DNA of 64,000 bases, from IMG/VR virus record IMGVR_UViG_3300035524_000014; one strand, 5' to 3'. Under the pieces are notes generated by a model. It did not search any database. It had not been told where the DNA came from and was given only the letters and a program-made list of their open reading frames with translations. The position numbers and the translations under genes are program-made. Shown piece after piece: positions 15,922-25,576 of the stretch (the first letter of the stretch is position 1; every line of letters starts with the position of its first letter). Source of the stretch: a virus.

Positions 15922-16590
15922 ATGAAAATTGATGCTCAAGGACTGCTTTCGTTTCTTAATAAATTCTATTTCACCAATCGCATTATGACGGTTGTATTTG
16001 ATGAACGCGATGAGAATCTTTCTATCACAGCTATCGACAATGATCTTGTTGTGTTTGGTATCTACGATGAATACTGGACACAAGAAGGGCCGATTGGTGT
16101 GACTCTACGAGATATTATTAAGTATCTTAATAAGCAAGAAGAAATTGATGTGACGGTTTCTGACAGGCTTGTTCTGAAAGGGAAGGGAACTCTTAAATAT
16201 AAACTTATCTCTGTTAACTATATTGCAACTCGCCCAAGTGCTGACGTGGACCCGTTCTCTATTCTTCAACATTTCACCAAGCGATGTTACATTACCAAGG
16301 AAGATAAAGGGTATATTCAAGACCTGCTAAAAATTTGTGAATCCGATATTGTTACATTTGATGAGAAAGGAATCAAATCAGGTGACGAAACCGGAAATAT
16401 TATTCGTTATGACATCGAAACACGACTTAAGGAAGGTGAGAGTGTCTCTGTGAAGAAGGAAACCTTTTCTAACGTGATCAAGAAGCAACAGGAAATGTGT
16501 ATTAAGTTCTCTGATAACGTGGATTTTAAAGATATGCTTCTTGTTGTGGCTGAGGATGTGTATTTTGCAATTCAAGCTGATGTGAGGTAA
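15922..16590 (+). CDS. Hypothetical protein, possibly a sliding clamp (size and position only)
   Basis: It is 222 aa, similar in size to T4 gp45, and sits two genes upstream of the clamp loader. No diagnostic motif was seen. Confidence 0.3.
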   Translation: MKIDAQGLLSFLNKFYFTNRIMTVVFDERDENLSITAIDNDLVVFGIYDEYWTQEGPIGVTLRDIIKYLNKQEEIDVTVSDRLVLKGKGTLKYKLISVNYIATRPSADVDPFSILQHFTKRCYITKEDKGYIQDLLKICESDIVTFDEKGIKSGDETGNIIRYDIETRLKEGESVSVKKETFSNVIKKQQEMCIKFSDNVDFKDMLLVVAEDVYFAIQADVR

Positions 16591-16597
16591 TAAAATA

Positions 16598-16942
16598 ATG
16601 CAGATTCATAGAATTAAAAAGATGCCTGTTGATTCTGAATATTGGAATTCCTGTGAATTGAATGAATTAAATATTTGTTTCCTTGAAGATTATCAAATTG
16701 AGGAGGCTTGGTATTGGTATGGTTGTGGGGAGTACGAGGGCAGTGGAAAACTTCTCATGCGTATCGGTGATAAATACGACATCCACGACATGAATCACTG
16801 TTCTTGTTATGGTCCTACTGCCAATATTACTTTTACCCCCCATACCTTAACCGATCTTAAAGCGCTATGCTCGAATGAATTGATGCGAGAGGTTGGTGTT
16901 TTATTTGATGCGGCAGAAAGTGCCCCTAATAATAAAAGGTAA
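16598..16942 (+). CDS. Hypothetical protein
   Basis: A 114-aa ORF. Confidence 0.55.
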   Translation: MQIHRIKKMPVDSEYWNSCELNELNICFLEDYQIEEAWYWYGCGEYEGSGKLLMRIGDKYDIHDMNHCSCYGPTANITFTPHTLTDLKALCSNELMREVGVLFDAAESAPNNKR

Positions 16943-17050
16943 TTATGCGGATAGTTTTACTTGTTATCTGGATTACTTTCGCTACGTAGATACTCTGTTA
17001 CGGTGCGTATACTTTGTTTAATTGTATTTTTTAAATGATAGCGAGGTAAT

Positions 17051-17947
17051 ATGTGGTTTGATAAATATCGACCAACATCTCTTGATGAAATGTCTCTTAT
17101 TCCTGAATATAAGGAATATTTTGAATCTGTTATTGAGAAACAAGATATTCCTAATATGATTCTAACCGGACAGGCGGGATCGGGTAAAACAACTCTTGTT
17201 AAGATTTTGACATCTTCTATTCCTTGTACCGTTCTGGAACTTAATGGTAGTTCTAGGGACAGGGGAATTGATACCATGAGAGGTAGGGTTGCATCCTTTG
17301 CATCATCCCTGTCCAAAAACATGAATATTGTGTTTATTGATGAAGCAGACGGGCTTACTTCGGATGCACAAGATGCTTTGAAGAATACTATTGAGCAGTT
17401 TCATAAGACCTGTAGATTCATTTTTACAGGCAATAATATTCATAAATTCACAGAACCTATCAAAAGTCGGTGCACAAAGTTTCATTTTGAGCAATTTCCA
17501 AAAAGGAAACTACTGAAACTCTGTAAGGATATTCTGGATAAAGAAGAAGTTGAATACGAAAACAAAGAAATTCTTTCTGTGATTGAACATACTTATCCTG
17601 ATATCCGATCCTGTATTAACATGCTTGAATATTGTTCCCATACAGGGACGTTTGTTTTCTCAGATAAGAAAGAATTTCAGTCTGATTACAAAGAGGTTGT
17701 TGGATATATTGAATCCGGTGATTTGGTCTCTATTTTTAGGTTTGCTGAAAAGTGCAATGATTTTGAGAGTGTATATAGATATCTTATCACAGAATATGCA
17801 AAAGATAAAAATAAACCAGAAATTTCCTTGACAACTGCGGAATGGTATGGTAGTTCTGGATCTGTAGTTGATAAGGCAATTACATTTATTGGCATGTGTA
17901 CGGAACTTATGGGAGTGGTTGGCGTTGCTCCTAAATTCGTAAAATAA
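17051..17947 (+). CDS. Clamp loader ATPase (RFC small subunit / gp44-like)
   Basis: WFDKYRP, Walker A GQAGSGKTT, Walker B VFIDEADGLT, SRC motif PIKSRC. Confidence 0.9.
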   Translation: MWFDKYRPTSLDEMSLIPEYKEYFESVIEKQDIPNMILTGQAGSGKTTLVKILTSSIPCTVLELNGSSRDRGIDTMRGRVASFASSLSKNMNIVFIDEADGLTSDAQDALKNTIEQFHKTCRFIFTGNNIHKFTEPIKSRCTKFHFEQFPKRKLLKLCKDILDKEEVEYENKEILSVIEHTYPDIRSCINMLEYCSHTGTFVFSDKKEFQSDYKEVVGYIESGDLVSIFRFAEKCNDFESVYRYLITEYAKDKNKPEISLTTAEWYGSSGSVVDKAITFIGMCTELMGVVGVAPKFVK

Positions 17948-17970
17948 CAACACAAACGAAGGAGAATAAA

Positions 17971-18210
17971 ATGACTTTCAAGAATCCGGCAAATGACTAT
18001 GAGGTAGAGGTTAATAATCTGGCAATTCTGTGGGCAATTCTGTTTGGTCCCCTTTATTTTATTGTTCACAACGTTTGGTCCCATTTCTTTATCAGTCTTG
18101 TTTTGGCAGTGCTTACTATGGGACTTTCTGTGCCTTTCTACGCTCTTGCGGCCCCACAGATTGTTAGGAACAAGTACATGAGTAACGGTTGGGTAGCTGT
18201 CCAGGAATAA
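17971..18210 (+). CDS. Small membrane protein
   Basis: Two hydrophobic helices (LAILWAILFGPLYFIV; FFISLVLAVLTMGLSVPFYAL). Confidence 0.55.
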   Translation: MTFKNPANDYEVEVNNLAILWAILFGPLYFIVHNVWSHFFISLVLAVLTMGLSVPFYALAAPQIVRNKYMSNGWVAVQE

Positions 18211-18214
18211 GGGG

Positions 18215-18481
18215 ATGAATTTTTATCAACGAAGACTTGGTACCCTTTCTAAAAAACACTTTCAACTTGTGCAAAAATTGAATAGTGTACCAAGTCAATT
18301 TATTGACGCTGTGTCAGGACAATATACGCCGCCTGATTTCTTTGTGAAAAAACAAAAACAGGAGCTCGATAAAAAAGTTCTTGACAAAGTGATGGAAGTA
18401 TGTAAGTGTTCTGAGAAACATGCAAGGCAGATTGTGTTGGTTGGAGGTGAAGATAAACTTAAAAAAGAAATGGGAGTATGA
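18215..18481 (+). CDS. Hypothetical protein
   Basis: An 88-aa ORF. Confidence 0.5.
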   Translation: MNFYQRRLGTLSKKHFQLVQKLNSVPSQFIDAVSGQYTPPDFFVKKQKQELDKKVLDKVMEVCKCSEKHARQIVLVGGEDKLKKEMGV

Positions 18482-19366
18482 ATGAATACTAAAACGATTC
18501 AAAAAGTTATTCGGAAAAAGATTAACGAATGGACAGACTCTATTAAAGATAGTAAAGTTAAAAAACTTGTAAAACAAAATACTATTGTGACAGGTGGCGC
18601 AATTGCTTCTATGCTTAAAGGGGAGCCTGTAAAGGATTTTGATATATATTTTCGCAATAAAGAAACAGTAATCGCTCTTGCTGAATACTATGTGAGTATT
18701 TTTAATAAAAACACCGGACATAAAGCAGAAGTTAGGGCCGATGAGGATACTGGCCGTATTTTAATTTTTATTCCATCTAAAGGTGTAGCCTCTGAAGATG
18801 ATACTAACTATCTACAGTCATCCTTTGAAGATGTGTATGATGTTTTGGAAGAAGCAGATGAAAGTGGATTAGAGGAAGAAGAGGATATCAAATATAAACC
18901 CATCTTCCTATCCCCAAATGCAATCACTCTTTCCGGAAAAGTACAGTGTGTTATTCGATTTTATGGGGAACCTGAAGAAATCCATGAAACATATGACTTT
19001 ATTCACTGCACCAACTATTGGACTTCTTGGGAAGGAAAAGTCGTAACCAATAAAGCAGCTTTAGAATCTCTTTTAAGCGGTCATCTTTTTTATTCAGGAT
19101 CAGAATACCCGCTTTGTTCTATTATTCGTACTCGGAAATTTATTAAACGAGGTTGGCACATTAACGCAGGACAATATCTAAAGATGATTTTTCAGTTAAA
19201 TGAACTTGATCTTAATGATCTTGATATTCTTGAAGATCAGCTTATTGGCGTGGATTCTGCGTATTTTACGCAATTTATTGATAGTATGAAGGCTAAGAAA
19301 GAAAAAGAACCAGATTTTATTGTAACACAGGATTATATTACTTCTATTATTGATAGGATTTTCTAA
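18482..19366 (+). CDS. Pol-beta-superfamily nucleotidyltransferase-like protein
   Basis: VTGGAIASMLKGEPVKDFDIYF fits the pattern hG[GS]-x(9-13)-Dh[DE]h. Confidence 0.45.
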   Translation: MNTKTIQKVIRKKINEWTDSIKDSKVKKLVKQNTIVTGGAIASMLKGEPVKDFDIYFRNKETVIALAEYYVSIFNKNTGHKAEVRADEDTGRILIFIPSKGVASEDDTNYLQSSFEDVYDVLEEADESGLEEEEDIKYKPIFLSPNAITLSGKVQCVIRFYGEPEEIHETYDFIHCTNYWTSWEGKVVTNKAALESLLSGHLFYSGSEYPLCSIIRTRKFIKRGWHINAGQYLKMIFQLNELDLNDLDILEDQLIGVDSAYFTQFIDSMKAKKEKEPDFIVTQDYITSIIDRIF

Positions 19367-19593
19367 TGACTCTTAAAGAATATTACAAACTTCTCGATAC
19401 CATGGATTGGTTTTATATGATGAGTGATGATCATTCTGTATATAAGAAAGGTAGAGATGAAATATATCGTCTACATGAAATGACAGACTGCCTTCCTTGT
19501 TGTTATGAGGATTTGTTTAATAGATTTCAAAAATGGGCACACTCGGTAATTAACGGCGATAAGGCCGAAAAACCGGAAAAGCCACAGAATTAG
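19366..19593 (+). CDS. Hypothetical protein
   Basis: A 75-aa ORF whose start overlaps the preceding stop (TAATG). Confidence 0.55.
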   Translation: MTLKEYYKLLDTMDWFYMMSDDHSVYKKGRDEIYRLHEMTDCLPCCYEDLFNRFQKWAHSVINGDKAEKPEKPQN

Positions 19594-19713
19594 ACTATTT
19601 ACAGGGAGTTGACCAATGGAATACAACGGAAAGTATTATTACAAAATAGAATGGGAGTACGACTCCATGCCGGACGAAGTTGACTAACGCATTACATGAG
19701 AGGAGTAGTGGAA

Positions 19714-19872
19714 ATGGGAAGTATCGAAATAAAGTGCCCATATTGCGGCTACCAGGGCGCTCTATGTAGCCCGTCCAAGGGAGTCTGGTGTCCACACTGC
19801 ATGAGTGGCAAATCGCCGCCAATTCAAGAGTACAGGAGATTTTGCTATGTCCGTATCCCATCCCATACCTGA
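19714..19872 (+). CDS. Small zinc-ribbon protein (52 aa) in a GC-rich island
   Basis: GAGGAG lies upstream of ATG 19714. Product MGSIEIKCPYCGYQGALCSPSKGVWCPHCMSG... Confidence 0.4.
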   Translation: MGSIEIKCPYCGYQGALCSPSKGVWCPHCMSGKSPPIQEYRRFCYVRIPSHT

Positions 19873-20092
19873 CGATTACTACGACTTGAAGCCGTGCGCC
19901 TGTGACGAGAGGTGGAACCTTCCAATGCTCACGGATGATGGTCACGGCGAATCGTGGATTGCGTGCGATTTTTGTGGCAACGCAACTCGCTTTCTCAAGT
20001 CCGACGAGGACGCTGTTTTTCAGTGGAATTTGTTTGCACACAGGCGCGGCGAAAGAATGTCGCAGAATACAACCAAAGAATATCAAGAATAG
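19847..20092 (+). CDS. Lar-like (restriction alleviation family) zinc-ribbon protein
   Basis: LKPCAC...WIACDFCGNATRFLKSDEDAVFQWN..RR resembles the Lar family pattern (CxC/CxxC ... CxxCG ... A..WN.R). AGGAG lies 9 nt before ATG 19847. Confidence 0.5.
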   Translation: MSVSHPIPDDYYDLKPCACDERWNLPMLTDDGHGESWIACDFCGNATRFLKSDEDAVFQWNLFAHRRGERMSQNTTKEYQE

Positions 20093-20095
20093 AAC

Positions 20096-22687
20096 ATGGG
20101 ATTTTTCACACAAATAAAAAATAATAACCCCGATTGTGGAAATTGTGGGCTTTATAAAGAGTCAAAAAATCCTCAGATCGGGGTTTTCGGCAAAGGCAAA
20201 AAAAAGATTCTTGTTCTTACCAAGGCTCCTACTAAAGAACAGGACGAAAACAATAACCTATTTCTTGGAGGAGCCACTAAACTTTTTGAGCAAGAGTTAA
20301 AAAAAGCAGGAATTGATCTTTATGAAGATTGTTTTGTAACAAGTGCTTTGGGGTGTAGGACTTCTAGAAACGTGGAGGCATCCAAAAAGAACTCTAAACA
20401 ATGCCTACCAAGAATAAAAAAGCATATAGATAAATATAAACCTAATCTCATCATTACTCTTGGAACAGTATCACTTCATCAAATTGCAGGATTTAGAATG
20501 AGTGATATTAACACAGAGGCGTATCAGGGGAAATGTTATCCAGACTATAAATATGATTGTTGGGTAGGACATCTTCCACACCCTGTATCACTTGTTCAAG
20601 AAGATTCACATGGTAATACACTATATGATGATAAGTATTATATGAATTTCTATCGAAGAATGTTGACAAATGTTGCCGGGTATGTTAATAAAAATATTCC
20701 CACTTACCATGATATTGAAAACAAAGTGGAGATTCTTACTTCTTCTAGGGAAATCATAACAGTTCTTAATGATATTATTAAAATATCGCCGTTTAGATAT
20801 AGTTATGACTATGAAACAAATACTGCTAGTTCTTTTCTTCCAGATATTAGAATTGAAACTGTTGCTGTAGCGTATGAAAATGATAGAGTTTTTGCTTTTC
20901 CGTTTGCCCGCAATGGAATGTTCACCAAGTCCCAATACAATGCTGTTAAAAATACATGGGTTGAACTTGTAAGTAATCCTTATATATTGAAGATGTGTCA
21001 TAATATTGGCCTTGAGTATAATTATGACGCCCAGTTTCTAGGCGTAGATCAGGATAATTATTTTGATACGATGGTAGCGTGTCACCAGTTAGACACTACG
21101 CCGGGAACAAAAGGATTGAAATATCAACTTTCTATGCGATATGGAATTGAATCTTACGACGATGATATTTCTATGTATTTGAAACCCCCTTCTATTAACG
21201 AATACAACAATATACATGAAGCTCCGCTGAATAAACTTCTTATATACAATGGAATAGATACGCTTGGTGGCCTGTGGTTGGGAGATGACCTTAGGAAAGA
21301 ATTGAAATACGATTCAAAAAGAAAATATAAACCGAGAAATTGTTGTAATCTATATCAAGACGGATATAAGGCTCTTTGCCGTTCTCATAGAAAGGGAGTT
21401 GATCTAGATATTGATTTCCTTAAAAAAGAAGAACAGGAACTTATTGAACTTAGAGACTCATTAATTGCTAAGGTTCATGGGTCTAAAGAAGGTAGATTAT
21501 ATAAAGAAAAAACTGGACATAATCTGGAAATTACCAATAACAATGAAATTGGTAAACTTGTGTATGAGTATCTAGGAATTGAACCTACACGAAGAACTCC
21601 TACAGGAAAAGGACAAGCAACAAAAGAAGCTCTTGAGGAACTTAACCTCCCATTCATTAACGATCTTCTGGAAGCAAAGAAGATTGAAAAGCACCGAAAT
21701 GATTTTGTACATAAATTGATTAATGTAAATGTGAATGGTAGAATTTACCCAGAGATTGGTGTTTCTCATGCTAGAAGCGGCAGGTCTAACGCGTTTGGCT
21801 CCGTGAACATTCAACAAATTCCAAAGAGAGATAAACGCGGAAAAAGGGTAAGAAAAGGAATTGTCGCCCCCGAAGGATATAGAATTGTTTGTCGAGATTA
21901 TGGGAGTGTTGAGGTGTCCACTAACGCTTGTTGTTCTAATGATCCTGTTCTAAAACAATATATTAGAGATGGAGCAGACCCTCACCACGACAATGCTAAA
22001 TTGGCCTATTTAATGTCAGACGATCAGGTGTCAAAAGAAATTAGGCAATTTACGAAACAGGCATGGACATTTCTCTTGTTCTATAAGGGGTATCCCACTT
22101 CTAGTGCAAAGAGAATAATTGATAATTGGGAGCATTTGAAGACTAACGAGGGCTTTACATTAAGAGAACACTTTGCTATTAACGGAATTAAGGATTTCTT
22201 TGCACTTCGGGACCATTGTATTGAAAAAGCAGATGAAATGTGGGAACGTTTTAGTGTCTTCCACGAATATCAAGGAAACAAAGAAAAGGAGTATTTTGAA
22301 AAAGGATACGTTGAAAACCCAATGGGATTTCGCAGGGGAAATTGGATTACACCCAACATGTCTGTGAACTCACCGGCTCAAGGACTCGGCTTCCAGTGGG
22401 TATTAGATTCTTATGTTGCTATTGATGATTGGTTTAGAAAAGAGAACATGAAGTCTTACTTGCCGTTCCAAATCCATGATGATATTGTGCATATAGTAGC
22501 AGAGGATGAATTACAGGAAGTTTTGGAGCATGTTCATTACCTTATGACAAAAAGGCTTGAAAATAAATATGATCACATTGACATTCCATTAACAGTAGAC
22601 ACAGAAGTAAGTGAAGTTGGTGGAAGTTGGTACGATGTTAAGCCGTGGGTTCGTGGAGAAGACGGTGTTTGGAAACCGGAAGTTTAA
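20096..22687 (+). CDS. Family A DNA polymerase with 3'-5' exonuclease and an N-terminal family-4-UDG-like Fe-S domain
   Basis: UDG-like region: CGNCG, GCRT, QCLP, HPVS. Exo motifs: YDYETN, HNIGLEYNYD, YNGID. Pol motifs: A CRDYGSVEVS, B RQFTKQAWTFLLFYKG, C FQIHDDIV. Confidence 0.9.
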   Translation: MGFFTQIKNNNPDCGNCGLYKESKNPQIGVFGKGKKKILVLTKAPTKEQDENNNLFLGGATKLFEQELKKAGIDLYEDCFVTSALGCRTSRNVEASKKNSKQCLPRIKKHIDKYKPNLIITLGTVSLHQIAGFRMSDINTEAYQGKCYPDYKYDCWVGHLPHPVSLVQEDSHGNTLYDDKYYMNFYRRMLTNVAGYVNKNIPTYHDIENKVEILTSSREIITVLNDIIKISPFRYSYDYETNTASSFLPDIRIETVAVAYENDRVFAFPFARNGMFTKSQYNAVKNTWVELVSNPYILKMCHNIGLEYNYDAQFLGVDQDNYFDTMVACHQLDTTPGTKGLKYQLSMRYGIESYDDDISMYLKPPSINEYNNIHEAPLNKLLIYNGIDTLGGLWLGDDLRKELKYDSKRKYKPRNCCNLYQDGYKALCRSHRKGVDLDIDFLKKEEQELIELRDSLIAKVHGSKEGRLYKEKTGHNLEITNNNEIGKLVYEYLGIEPTRRTPTGKGQATKEALEELNLPFINDLLEAKKIEKHRNDFVHKLINVNVNGRIYPEIGVSHARSGRSNAFGSVNIQQIPKRDKRGKRVRKGIVAPEGYRIVCRDYGSVEVSTNACCSNDPVLKQYIRDGADPHHDNAKLAYLMSDDQVSKEIRQFTKQAWTFLLFYKGYPTSSAKRIIDNWEHLKTNEGFTLREHFAINGIKDFFALRDHCIEKADEMWERFSVFHEYQGNKEKEYFEKGYVENPMGFRRGNWITPNMSVNSPAQGLGFQWVLDSYVAIDDWFRKENMKSYLPFQIHDDIVHIVAEDELQEVLEHVHYLMTKRLENKYDHIDIPLTVDTEVSEVGGSWYDVKPWVRGEDGVWKPEV

Positions 22688-22707
22688 CTAATAAAAGGAG
22701 AAAAGAA

Positions 22708-23052
22708 ATGAAAACAATTTATTTGGCGTGTCCTTACACACATGACGAACAGGAAGTCATGCTTGAGAGGACTAAAGAAGCAACTAGGGTAGCAGCAGAA
22801 CTTATGATGGACGGTTATAATGTATTTAGTCCTCTTACACATAGTCATCCTATTTCTGAGTGGATGCCATATGAATACCAAACGGGTGCTGATTTTTGGC
22901 TTGAACGTGATCTAGAGTTCATGGAAGTAGCTGATGAACTTTTTGTTCTCTGTCTCGATGGGTGGAAGGAATCCACAGGGGTTGTACGAGAAATTACGGA
23001 AGCAACACAGAAAGGAATCCCTATTATTTATCTTGAAAAGGATGTGAAGTAA
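22708..23052 (+). CDS. DUF1937-like / nucleoside 2-deoxyribosyltransferase-fold protein
   Basis: MKTIYLACPYTHDEQ...GYNVFSPLTHSHPI. AAGGAG lies upstream of ATG 22708; the ORF-track start at 22645 overlaps the polymerase gene. Confidence 0.5.
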   Translation: MKTIYLACPYTHDEQEVMLERTKEATRVAAELMMDGYNVFSPLTHSHPISEWMPYEYQTGADFWLERDLEFMEVADELFVLCLDGWKESTGVVREITEATQKGIPIIYLEKDVK

Positions 23053-23508
23053 ATGAGTCTTAAAGAAAAACTAAAAATCAACAAACTCGCGTTGGACAAG
23101 GAACTTCAGGAAATCCCCGCCGATCTTCAGGAGTATGGTGAACTCCACTCTCAGATGGCTTCCAAGAAGGATAAAACCAAACTTCAAATTGAGACTCTTC
23201 AGGCACGTTTGACCAATAAAATTTCAAAGGATTGGAAAGAACTTGGTTTTGCCAAATCTCCTACCGTTGCTCAGATTGATGCTTTCATTAAAACAGATGA
23301 AGAATATCAAAAATTATCCGAAAAGTTGCTTGACATTCAGGAAGAATTGAGTTACTATAATGCCACGCTTAATTCACTTCAGGCCAAAAGGAGCGCACTT
23401 GGTAACTTAGTATCTCTATTTATGACACAATATTGGTCGGATGTGCCTTTGGAAACACAACAAAATAAACTCGGTGACACGATGCGCCGAAGAAAAAGGA
23501 AGGAGTAA
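23053..23508 (+). CDS. Hypothetical coiled-coil protein
   Basis: A 151-aa ORF, heptad-rich. Confidence 0.55.
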   Translation: MSLKEKLKINKLALDKELQEIPADLQEYGELHSQMASKKDKTKLQIETLQARLTNKISKDWKELGFAKSPTVAQIDAFIKTDEEYQKLSEKLLDIQEELSYYNATLNSLQAKRSALGNLVSLFMTQYWSDVPLETQQNKLGDTMRRRKRKE

Positions 23509-23510
23509 TA

Positions 23511-23792
23511 GTGAACGACACAGAAAAACTAAAATTCTACCAACAGTTTCTTGAGGACATTGCGACAGAAGATGACCCTCATAATTATGGTGCAGTTCTA
23601 CCTGTACTAGCTGCAAAGGCGCTTTCGCTTGATACAGGATGTGATGGATGTATTCACAATCGAAAACATGAAGATTTGAAGGAGTATATCAAACCATGTG
23701 AAAAGTGTACGACTGCTGATTTCTGGATGCCCACCATAGATTACGTTAATGAATATTACGATCTTCTTGATAGTGCAGCGGATGAAGAGTAA
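23511..23792 (+). CDS. Hypothetical protein (GTG start)
   Basis: AAGGAG lies 5 nt before GTG 23511. Cys-containing, 93 aa. Confidence 0.5.
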   Translation: MNDTEKLKFYQQFLEDIATEDDPHNYGAVLPVLAAKALSLDTGCDGCIHNRKHEDLKEYIKPCEKCTTADFWMPTIDYVNEYYDLLDSAADEE

Positions 23793-23873
23793 AATCACAC
23801 TTTAGAATCAATAATTTAAAATCAATAATATAACATAAATTCATAAAAGAATAGAAGAAAAGGAGAATTATTT

Positions 23874-25016
23874 ATGGCTCGTAAGCGTGGAATGTTCAAG
23901 AACTTTGACCCCGAACAAGACAAAGCAGCAGTGGCGGCAGCAACCTCCGATGAACCAAACCCTAAACGCAGTAAGTGGAGTGAAGAGTTCATCAATTCCT
24001 GCATCATGTATCAGCATAATAATGGTGATAATTTCATTGATATAATTCCTTTTGAAGCAGAAGAAGATTTTGCCAACCTCAAAGAAGGAACCCCGAACTG
24101 GCGGCTTGTGTATAAGCAGCATGTGAATATCGGACCTAACAAGGAAACCGTTGTTTGTCCTCGCACTTATGGTGAGAAGTGCCCTATTTGCGATGAATAT
24201 GATAAAGTTCGCTTCAATTTCCCCGGAGAAAAGGGGAGTCAGGAGAATAAGGAATATTACAATAATGTTGTAAAACCTCTTCAGCCAAAGTCTCGTGCTA
24301 TCTATGGTATCGTGGATCGGCGTAACGAAGAGGAATCTAATAAAGGCGTCCAGTATATGGATATGTCTACCTTCTATATTGAAGATAATATTGATGCGTA
24401 TGCTAAAGATCGTCGCGGTGAACCTATTTTTTATCAAGACCCGGACGATGGTAAGATCATCCACTATACTTGGGAAGTAGATGAAGAGGCACGTAAGAAG
24501 GGACAGCAGTCCGCGCCCGACTTCAAGATTGTTGGGCTTGTTGACCGAGAGCTTCCGCTTGAAAATGGTGAAATGAAGCCTTATGAAGTTTCTGATGAAG
24601 AACTTGATGAAATGAAGCCTCTCGGAAAATGGATTTTCAATCTTGCATCGGATGAAGAAATCAAGGAAATGATGGAAGGCACTGCTTCTGTCTCGGTTAC
24701 TAAGAAGAATTCGGAGTATGACGCTCAAGAACAACTTGATAGGGCGTTTGGTAAGCGTGAAGAAAGGGTAGCTAGGAATACTGAAGAAGAACCTCCCTTC
24801 GAACCGGACAAAGAAGAGGAAAAGCCTTCTCGCTCTCGCGGGCGTTCCCGTAATAAGGAAGAGGACAGTTCCAACCCTCTTGTTGCAAAACTCATGAAGA
24901 TGGAAACGGTTGATGAAATTGATACGTTTTGTGAAGAAAATGTAATTGATGTGTTTGCGGAAGACTTCGGTAGTGTAGAAGAATTCCGTGAAGCAGTTCT
25001 TGAATTTGTGAAGTAA
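23874..25016 (+). CDS. Single-stranded DNA-binding protein, T4 gp32-like
   Basis: Zinc-finger-like VVCPRTYGEKCPICDEY, an acidic and Ser/Arg-rich C-terminal tail, and a position next to recombination genes. Confidence 0.55.
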   Translation: MARKRGMFKNFDPEQDKAAVAAATSDEPNPKRSKWSEEFINSCIMYQHNNGDNFIDIIPFEAEEDFANLKEGTPNWRLVYKQHVNIGPNKETVVCPRTYGEKCPICDEYDKVRFNFPGEKGSQENKEYYNNVVKPLQPKSRAIYGIVDRRNEEESNKGVQYMDMSTFYIEDNIDAYAKDRRGEPIFYQDPDDGKIIHYTWEVDEEARKKGQQSAPDFKIVGLVDRELPLENGEMKPYEVSDEELDEMKPLGKWIFNLASDEEIKEMMEGTASVSVTKKNSEYDAQEQLDRAFGKREERVARNTEEEPPFEPDKEEEKPSRSRGRSRNKEEDSSNPLVAKLMKMETVDEIDTFCEENVIDVFAEDFGSVEEFREAVLEFVK

Positions 25017-25025
25017 GGGGAGTTT

Positions 25026-25310
25026 ATGTATTGTTATAGAATTACATACGTTGGTCGGCATCGGGTAAAAGATGATGTATGTGTACTTGGAGATTCTATT
25101 AATTCCGCTGTTACTACTTTCATGGAATCTATTGAAAACTGCGGAGGGATTGTTGATAGAATTATTTCAGTAAAAGAAATAGGTAATAGTATTGGAAGTG
25201 GAACTTCTAGTTGTAAAGAAAACTACACACACAAAGAGGATATATTGTCTGTTATAGTAAACGCTTATCTAAACAATATTAATGGTTTTAGAGATTTACT
25301 TAAAAAATAA
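25026..25310 (+). CDS. Hypothetical protein
   Basis: A 94-aa ORF. Confidence 0.5.
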   Translation: MYCYRITYVGRHRVKDDVCVLGDSINSAVTTFMESIENCGGIVDRIISVKEIGNSIGSGTSSCKENYTHKEDILSVIVNAYLNNINGFRDLLKK

Positions 25311-25321
25311 GGAGAGTTTTA

Positions 25322-25525
25322 ATGGGCGGAAAGAGAAAGGGACATGTAGGCGAAGGAAGGCATACCATTTGTAGTATTCTTCAAGGTATGCGAGATCAGA
25401 ACACGAACACTATGACTATTAGTTTTATCTCTAATATTCCGAAAAAAGAAAATATTACTACAGGAGAAATTACTGAATCGGGGTCTGAAGAAGTAGAAGT
25501 TATTGTAAATCGTAAGAAGATTTAA
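25322..25525 (+). CDS. Hypothetical protein
   Basis: A 67-aa ORF with AAGGAG upstream. Confidence 0.5.
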   Translation: MGGKRKGHVGEGRHTICSILQGMRDQNTNTMTISFISNIPKKENITTGEITESGSEEVEVIVNRKKI

Positions 25526-25533
25526 ATAAAATA

Positions 25534-25562
25534 AGAGAGGGGAGAATGAAACTCCCCTCTCT
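25534..25562 (+). terminator. Perfect 11-bp GC-core hairpin (terminator-like, weak U-tract)
   Basis: AGAGAGGGGAG-aatgaaa-CTCCCCTCTCT. Confidence 0.45.
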
Positions 25563-25576
25563 GTATTGGAGAATAT

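Noticed and set aside
19595-20113. A 172-aa minus-strand ORF. Alternative-frame ORFs at 43711..44151, 43775..44089 and 43782..44123 are similar.
   Set aside because: They lie in the GC-rich islands, where stop codons are rare in all frames. They overlap better-supported genes (the Lar-like ORFs and the Tfa-like chaperone) and lack ribosome-binding sites.
23806-23829. Direct repeat aatcaataat x2 upstream of the SSB gene as an operator.
   Set aside because: It is a 10-nt AT-only repeat in AT-rich intergenic DNA, which is too likely to occur by chance to support a call.
23868-25061. A 397-aa minus-strand ORF.
   Set aside because: It is antisense to the gp32-like SSB gene. The translation is low-complexity and F/I/L/R-rich, it has no RBS, and it sits in a module where all supported genes are on the plus strand.
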